Origin: Octopus vulgaris
Lineage: Eukaryota
DNA length: 64,000 nt
Direction: 5' to 3'
Assembly: GCA_951406725.2 (NCBI GenBank)
Contig: OX597823.1
Location: forward strand, 106,578,001 to 106,642,000
Position numbers and translations under genes: made by a program. Of this stretch, positions 56,514 through 64,000 are shown piece by piece; within the stretch, counting starts at the first letter, position 1, and each line of letters starts with the position of its first letter. The notes under the pieces are model-generated. The model saw only the letters and a program-made list of their open reading frames with translations. It made no database searches and was not told where the DNA came from.

Positions 56514-56528
56514 ATCTATAAGTTGAAC

Positions 56529-56580
<52 letters not shown>

Positions 56581-56586
<6 letters not shown>

Positions 56587-56745
56587 GAGAAATCACACAC
56601 AAAAATAAATATCAAAAGACGAAGACAGGTGGTGTAGAGAAGAAACAGATGTATTAGTATAACGCTCGGGAAGTGAAAAAGTTTTTAACGTTCCGAGCCT
56701 ACGGTCTTCCACAGAAAGAAGCAAGGAGAGAAAATAAAGAATGTA
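56581..56745 (-). mobile_element. Penelope pLTR fragment with degenerate CUGUGGA HHR-like motif (56682-56718)
   Basis: Same family as 21088-21390; 3' end in (TA)n. Confidence 0.75.
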
Positions 56746-56759
56746 TATATATATATTAT

Positions 56760-56850
<91 letters not shown>

Positions 56851-56864
56851 CCACTCCTGCGCCT

Positions 56865-57630
<766 letters not shown>

Positions 57631-58969
57631 AAGCAGAAAAGAAAATTTAAAAACGAAATTAAGGAAAATACATCTGGCAAGAAGAGTGTCAACAAAACTG
57701 ATGAATTTTCAACCTAAAACTAATTTTACCCCCTGGAATCCCCAGGCTGTCCCACAGGACACCTAAAATTTCTTCGCTGTAGGGAATATTTCTCAGTTTA
57801 AGAATTGTACATCAAAATAAGTGACTAATTTATTGCAGGTAAGTTAACCAGATACTATGGTACGTATCTCTTCCGTTCTTGATCATCGTGGTCGCCCAAG
57901 CTGTTGCTTTACATTGAGTGAAGTATATCGAACAAAATGACCTCTCTACAGGCAATGGTAAGAAAATAAAGAGGAAAGAGAGGAAGACAAAGGAAATAAG
58001 TAGAGGTAAAGTACTACTACTACTACTACTACTACTACACAACGACGGCAATTTTGATGAAAACAATGACGACATGAGGAAGACGATGAAGATACAAAAA
58101 GGAGAAGAATATAAAAATATGAAATAGAGGAGAAAAGAAGGAAAGAATGAAGAAAAGAAAGAAGGAAGGGAAGAGCGAAAGAAAGCAAGACAGAAAGAAA
58201 GAAAGAAAGAAAGAAAGAACGGGGAGGGAAAATTTTGTCGATGAAATCTGTTTTGCAGGTTTCGATAATATGGCGGAATGCTGTAAGGTTGAAAGTGTAA
58301 GAAATGCTGTAAGGACGAAAGTGTTTGCTCGAAGTTTGAGGTGATCCCTTCCTTTGTTTTCTGCTGGGTTTTGTTTTGTTTTTGCTTATATATCCTCAGG
58401 GGGTAAAAAACAGTGCTTTGCTTTGCTTTTTACTTTTCTTTCTTCTTCTTCTTTTTTTTTTTTTTTTGACTTTGTTGTATGTGGTAAGGAATGGATATCT
58501 GGGAATAGATAAATACAGTAAGTCTGTGAATTCTGCCTGCAAGACTCCAGGCTATGCGTAAGAGTCGTCAGTCATCTGACTCGCTGCTTCTCACCATCTT
58601 TTCCTACTCCGCTGTGAAATTAGAAATTTTTTCAATTATATTAAATTATTGTATTATTGTAAAACTTTATCATTATTATAATATTATTAATATTTATATA
58701 ATTTACTAGTACTATTATTATATTGTAATATATTGTATTATATTACGTAATGATATTAATTGTTTATTTTATATTTATATCAGATTTTTTTTACTTATAT
58801 TCAAGTTGAAACTATGTTAATATATTTTAGGATTTGCTTTTGCATAATTATTTCTCAAAATTTTAGTTTCCTAGAATTATAGGAAAACCGTGGATCTATT
58901 CTTGTTGTTCTCGTTGTTGTTGTTATTTGGTATTACTTCTTCAGCATCACCTACATCCCTGCAACCACT

Positions 58970-59043
58970 GCCACCACCACCACCACAACAACAACAACAA
59001 CATCATCATCATCATCATCATCACCATCATCATCTTCATCATC

Positions 59044-59113
<70 letters not shown>

Positions 59114-59290
59114 ACAACATCGTTTTCTTCTTCGTGTTTCTTCACTGTCTCCTATTACATTTATTTCTCCCCCTTCTTTTCCCTTCTTTTCTGCTTCATC
59201 ACAACCAGCATTGCCATCATCATCATCATCATCATCATCGCCATCATCGTGATCGTTATTATCACCATCAACATCATCCCCATCAGCGCA
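58970..59290. repeat. (CAT)n/(CAA)n/(CAC)n trinucleotide cluster
   Basis: Direct reading; source of the poly-H ORF. Confidence 0.95.
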
Positions 59291-59921
59291 ATGAAAACAC
59301 TCCACTACCTCCAAATGCCGCAGCTGTCGTCATCGTGATCACCAATTTAATTCACCGCCGCCCCCTCCCTTGTCCATTATGTCCAAATTTCCTTAGTCCC
59401 TTCAATTAAATTATTCCTCACTCCTTCCTTTCCCTGCTTCACCCTGCGTCTCATTTTTTCAAGGGATTCTATTTCAGTTTTAAGGATAGAAATTTTTTAG
59501 AGGAAATAACTAAAATATATGTATATTTGCAAATCAAATCAAAAAGCAGTCATCATAAAAATGATGATGATAATGATGATGATGATGACGATGATGATGA
59601 TGGCGATGATGATGATGATGGCGATGATGATGATACAGTGGTGGCAGTTATGGTGGTGATATTTAGTATTGTGATTATGACGACAACATTAACAGCAACA
59701 GCAATAACTGAAGAACATCAATTACAAAAAAGCGAGAGTGTAGATGGAAGAGGTGGATGGAGGGATTTCTAATATTGTAAACCTGAAGGTGTAAGTACAA
59801 TGCTGTGAAGAAACGCAAAATGGTGAAACACCCTCTGTGGAGCGCCATAATTTAGTGCGAAGGGGAAAGATTTCAAGTAGAGAAATTTGAGTAATACTGA
59901 GAGAAATGGGGGGGGGGGAGT

Positions 59922-59979
<58 letters not shown>

Positions 59980-60357
59980 TCGTGGTATTTTTAGAGTATA
60001 GAATTAATTAGTATACAATCGTTATGAATGGAATTAGGGGAAAGGTTTAACTATTACAGTGAAGCGGTGTTAAAAAGGGCAAAGAAAATAGAGGAAAAAG
60101 ATCGTCAAAGAAAATAAACTGTGTGCGTGCGCGAGCAGTGTGTGTGTATGTGTGCGCATGCGCGCGTGTGTGTGTATATACACTATACTATAATATATTA
60201 TAAAAAGTACAGAAGCAAGTGTGAGTGGAGGTTAAAATCTTGTTTTCCAGTCATGCTTACTTGGGTTTAGTCCTACTGTGCAGCACTGTGGGTAAGCGTC
60301 TACTGTACTCTCGGGTCGAACAAAGCATATTCAGTGGGTGTGGGGGAAGGAATCCTG

Positions 60358-60422
<65 letters not shown>

Positions 60423-60485
60423 CCGAGGTCAACTTTGCCTTTCATTCTTTCGGGATCGATAAATTAAGTACGATTAAAAGACGGA

Positions 60486-60534
<49 letters not shown>

Positions 60535-60535
<1 letters not shown>

Positions 60536-60644
60536 GAAGAGCGTAGGCTCGAAACGTAAAAGACTTTTTCTATTCCCCTCCCTGTTTGTTTTGTACACCA
60601 CCTGGCTTCGTCTTTTGTTGCTTTCGTAAACTCTCCCTATATAT
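60535..60644 (+). mobile_element. Penelope pLTR 3' fragment starting inside the HHR-like core
   Basis: ggaagagcgtaggctcgaaacgtaaaag...ctctccc-tatatat. Confidence 0.75.
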
Positions 60645-60797
60645 CGACCCCAGAGCTTATTCTTTGTAAGCCTAGTACTTATTCTATCGGTCGCTTTTGC
60701 TGAACTGCTAGGCTACGGGAATGTATACGCACCAGCTTCGATTGTCAAGCGATGTTGGGGTGACAAAACACAGACACAAACATATGCACACATACAT

Positions 60798-60836
<39 letters not shown>

Positions 60837-60960
60837 CGACGGGCTTCTGCCAGTTTCCGTCTACCAAATCCACTCACAAGTCTTTGGCTAGCCTGACACT
60901 TGCCCAAGGTACCACACAGTGGGGCTGAACCCGGGGCTATGTGGTTGGTGAACATGCTAC
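60645..60960 (-). mobile_element. SINE-A, partial
   Basis: Similarity to other copies. Confidence 0.8.
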
Positions 60961-61137
60961 TTTATTTCAAAAAATTTTGCCATAAAGGCATGATATAGAG
61001 TGGCTTGCGGGCTGGATAGAAACATTGATGAGATGAATAATGAAATAAAATTATATTAATGGGAGAAGATAAAAAACGCCCGCCTTTTTTTTTTGCTTCT
61101 GTAAGACAAGCTACTTACCACACAGCTACTCCTGCAC

Positions 61138-61239
<102 letters not shown>

Positions 61240-61325
61240 GTGCAGGACCCTCGTTGGAACCCTCGTTGTCGTAACCGACGGAGTGCTCCTATATGTGAGT
61301 GTATATACATACATACACACACACA

Positions 61326-61364
<39 letters not shown>

Positions 61365-61714
61365 TTATATATATATATATATATATATATAAGAGGGTGT
61401 TAGTCTCATTCATAAAGTCACAGGTTTAAAACCTGGGTCAGACGGTTGTTTGTGTCCTTGAGCAAGGTACTTCATTTCATATTGTCTGTAGGCTTCACTT
61501 TTCCAAAACTGACAAATGGAGGTTTAGATAGTTTGATCTTTTGACTAGATGGTGAAAACCTCGGCGGAAATTGAACCAAGAACATTATTTATGGACCTCG
61601 AAAAATATGAAAGGGAACGTTGACATCGGAGTGATTTGAACACGGAGTGCATTGTAGCAGTCGCTCTGATGATTCTGCCAAGTGACTTATCGTGGTTATG
61701 TACCCTTCTGCTAT

Positions 61715-62122
61715 AAGCACAAGGCCTGCATTTTTTTAAGGGAATAGAGAAGGTGGGGTCAGTCGATTACATCGACCCTAGCGTTCAACTGGTACTTATT
61801 TACAACCTAAAAGTAATTTTAACTCCTGGAATCCCCAGGCTGTCCCACAGGAAGCATAAAATTTCTTTTTACCTGGCCTTCTAGCGATTCTGCCAGCTTG
61901 TCACTTTCACCTACGTTGGTAATACTGATTTCAAATTTTGGCACAAGGCCAGCAGTTTCAGGAAAGTGGGTGAAGTCGATTACCTCGACCCAAGCACTCA
62001 ACTAGTACTTTGCCTGAAATTATGCAAGGCAAAGTCAAGCTCGGTGGAATTTGAACATAGGATGTAACGACGGACGAAATACCGCTAATCTCGTCGTTCT
62101 AAAGATTCTGCCAGCAAGCCGC
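61715..62122 (-). mobile_element. Cluster of degenerate SINE-B pieces
   Basis: gcacaaggcc...gtcgattac...gtacttat; aggcaaagtca...gaatttgaac...gacgaaataccgctaa. Confidence 0.7.
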
Positions 62123-62377
62123 TTTTATCTACCTTGGTGATAGGGCGATATAAAATATTGTGGATTTTTGACAGAACAAAAGAGTTGATAGTAACATCGA
62201 AGTTTCTCAGTTTTCATAGTTAATCTGACAAACACACCATGCGACGAAAATTTTTGAAGTCGCAATCAACATTTTAATTAGTGCTTTAGCTAACGTTCTG
62301 TCGATTTTATGTATAACTACATAACATCAAACATTATTACAGCGACATCAGATATTAGTTGTGTGTGTACACGTGTG

Positions 62378-62765
62378 TCTGTTTCAGTTATTAGAATGCA
62401 GCCATGCTGGGGCATAGTTTTGAAGATTTTTTTGTCGAATGAATCAATCCAGTAAATTATTTTAAAGCCTGGTAGTTTTTCTATTGTTATCTTTTGCCAA
62501 ATTGCTTAGTTACAGGGACACAAACACACTAACATCGGTTGTAAAGCAGTGGATGGACACATACACCCCCCCCCCACACACACACACATACACCCCCCAC
62601 ACACATATACACCCCACACACACATACACACACACACACGTAGAGTTACCGTGTACCAAATCCACTCACAAGGCTTTGGTCTGCCCAAGGCTATAGTAGA
62701 AGACACTAACCCAAGGGTGCACACAGTGGAACTGAACCCGGAATCATGTGGTTGAGAATCAAACA
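62378..62765 (-). mobile_element. SINE-A, degenerate
   Basis: Similarity to other copies. Confidence 0.75.
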
Positions 62766-62824
62766 TCGGATCTTTGTGGTTTTCGTCACTGTTGACGGTT
62801 TTGTTCCAATTATTTTCAAATTTG

Positions 62825-62867
<43 letters not shown>

Positions 62868-63084
62868 TTTGTCTACTAATTATGAAAAGGAAATTCATTT
62901 CCCCAATAAATCCCTTATTAAAAAGTTATTAGCCTTTCAAATTTGCAAAATTTGGGTATTTTAGCCAATCAGAAGCGAGTATTTTACACATCACCGTGGT
63001 GAAGAACTCTGTAACCAAAGATGCTGCACATGCGCACAAGGAGGAGAAGGAGAAACGAGAAACATAATTTTCTACTACTACTAC

Positions 63085-63163
<79 letters not shown>

Positions 63164-63194
63164 TCGAAAAATATCCAGGTTCGAAATTTCCCGA

Positions 63195-63240
63195 GACACC
63201 TGATGGAGGCTGGAGGGTATATCAGCCGAAATGTAGTGTT
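63195..63240 (+). ncRNA. Minimal type I hammerhead motif, mutated core
   Basis: Stem I GACAC/GTGTT; CTGATGG-A; stem II GGCTG/CAGCC; GAAA 63228-63231; TG; TA site. Confidence 0.65.
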
Positions 63241-63329
63241 AACAACAAACAAGATGAGGGCAAATACCCGTCAAATGTAAATAATGTACATAATTCCTCA
63301 TCTCTTAAATATAGAACAATATATTCGTT

Positions 63330-63751
63330 ACTCTTTTATTTGTTTCAGTCATTTAACTGCGGCCATGCTGGAGCAGCACCTATGGTCGAACAAATCGACC
63401 CCAGGACTTATTCTTTGTATGCCTAGTACTTATTCTATCGGTCTCTTTTGCCGAACCGTTAAATTACGGTGACGTAGACACGGCAGCATCGGTTGTCAAG
63501 CAATGTTGGGGAGACAAACACAGACACACATACGCACACACGCACGCATGCACGCACGCACACACACACACACACACACATATACACATATATATATATA
63601 TATACATACGGGCTTCTTTCAGTTTCCTTCCACCAAATCCACTCGAAAGGCTTTGGTCAGCTTGAGGCTATAGTAGAAGACACTTACCCAAGGTACCACA
63701 CAGTGGGAGTGAACCCGGAACCATATGGTTGGCAAGCAAGCTACTTACCAC
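63330..63751 (-). mobile_element. SINE-A
   Basis: Nearly full architecture. Confidence 0.85.
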
Positions 63752-63782
63752 ATATATATTCTGTTATTCTTTCTTTCATCCT

Positions 63783-63990
63783 TCTACTTGCTTCAGTAAT
63801 TTGACTGCGGCCATACTAGAGCACTGCCTTGAAAGGTTTTTAGTCGAACAAATCGGTCCCAGGACCTTTTTTTTCTACTTCTAAGTCTAGTACTTATTCC
63901 ATCGGTCTCTTATGCCGAAACGTTAAGTAACGTGTAGGAAAACGCACCAACGCCAGTTGTTAAGCGGTGATGGAGTGAACAAGCACAGAC
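63783..63990 (-). mobile_element. SINE-A 3' module (runs toward the window end)
   Basis: Similarity to other copies. Confidence 0.75.
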
Positions 63991-64000
63991 ACGTTAATAA

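Noticed and set aside
58890-59409. ORF with signal-peptide-like start and poly-His (MDLFLLFSLLLL...)
   Set aside because: GTG start; the hydrophobic stretch comes from (TTG)n and the poly-His from (CAT)n microsatellites

Overview
AT-rich, microsatellite-saturated eukaryotic non-coding DNA (intronic or intergenic). The SINE families and the density of (TA)n/(CA)n/(TCTA)n/(TTA)n tracts look like an octopus (cephalopod) genome; that is an inference. I see no host gene, rRNA, tRNA gene or CRISPR array, and almost all ORF-track entries are microsatellite or SINE artefacts. Recognisable content: about 19 copies of a CORE-type tRNA-derived SINE (SINE-A), about 19 units of a second tRNA-derived SINE (SINE-B), an L1/Tx1 RT fragment (44245-45420), an RTE-type 3' end, a mariner remnant, a hAT MITE, a Helitron-like non-autonomous element and two Penelope-like (PLE) GIY-YIG remnants. 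The most interesting signal is RNA-structural. Several unrelated short repeats carry type I hammerhead ribozyme (HHR) motifs with palindromic stem III loops (3474-3539/4006-4071, 16471-16561, 36054-36111, 63195-63240), and a multi-copy variant has a CUGUNGA core. Their 3' ends sit in (TA)n tracts and they repeatedly form head-to-head palindromes. One contains a circularly permuted 512-bp unit suggestive of a circular or multimeric RNA (retrozyme-like) template. All coordinates and folds were read by eye and may be off by a few bases.
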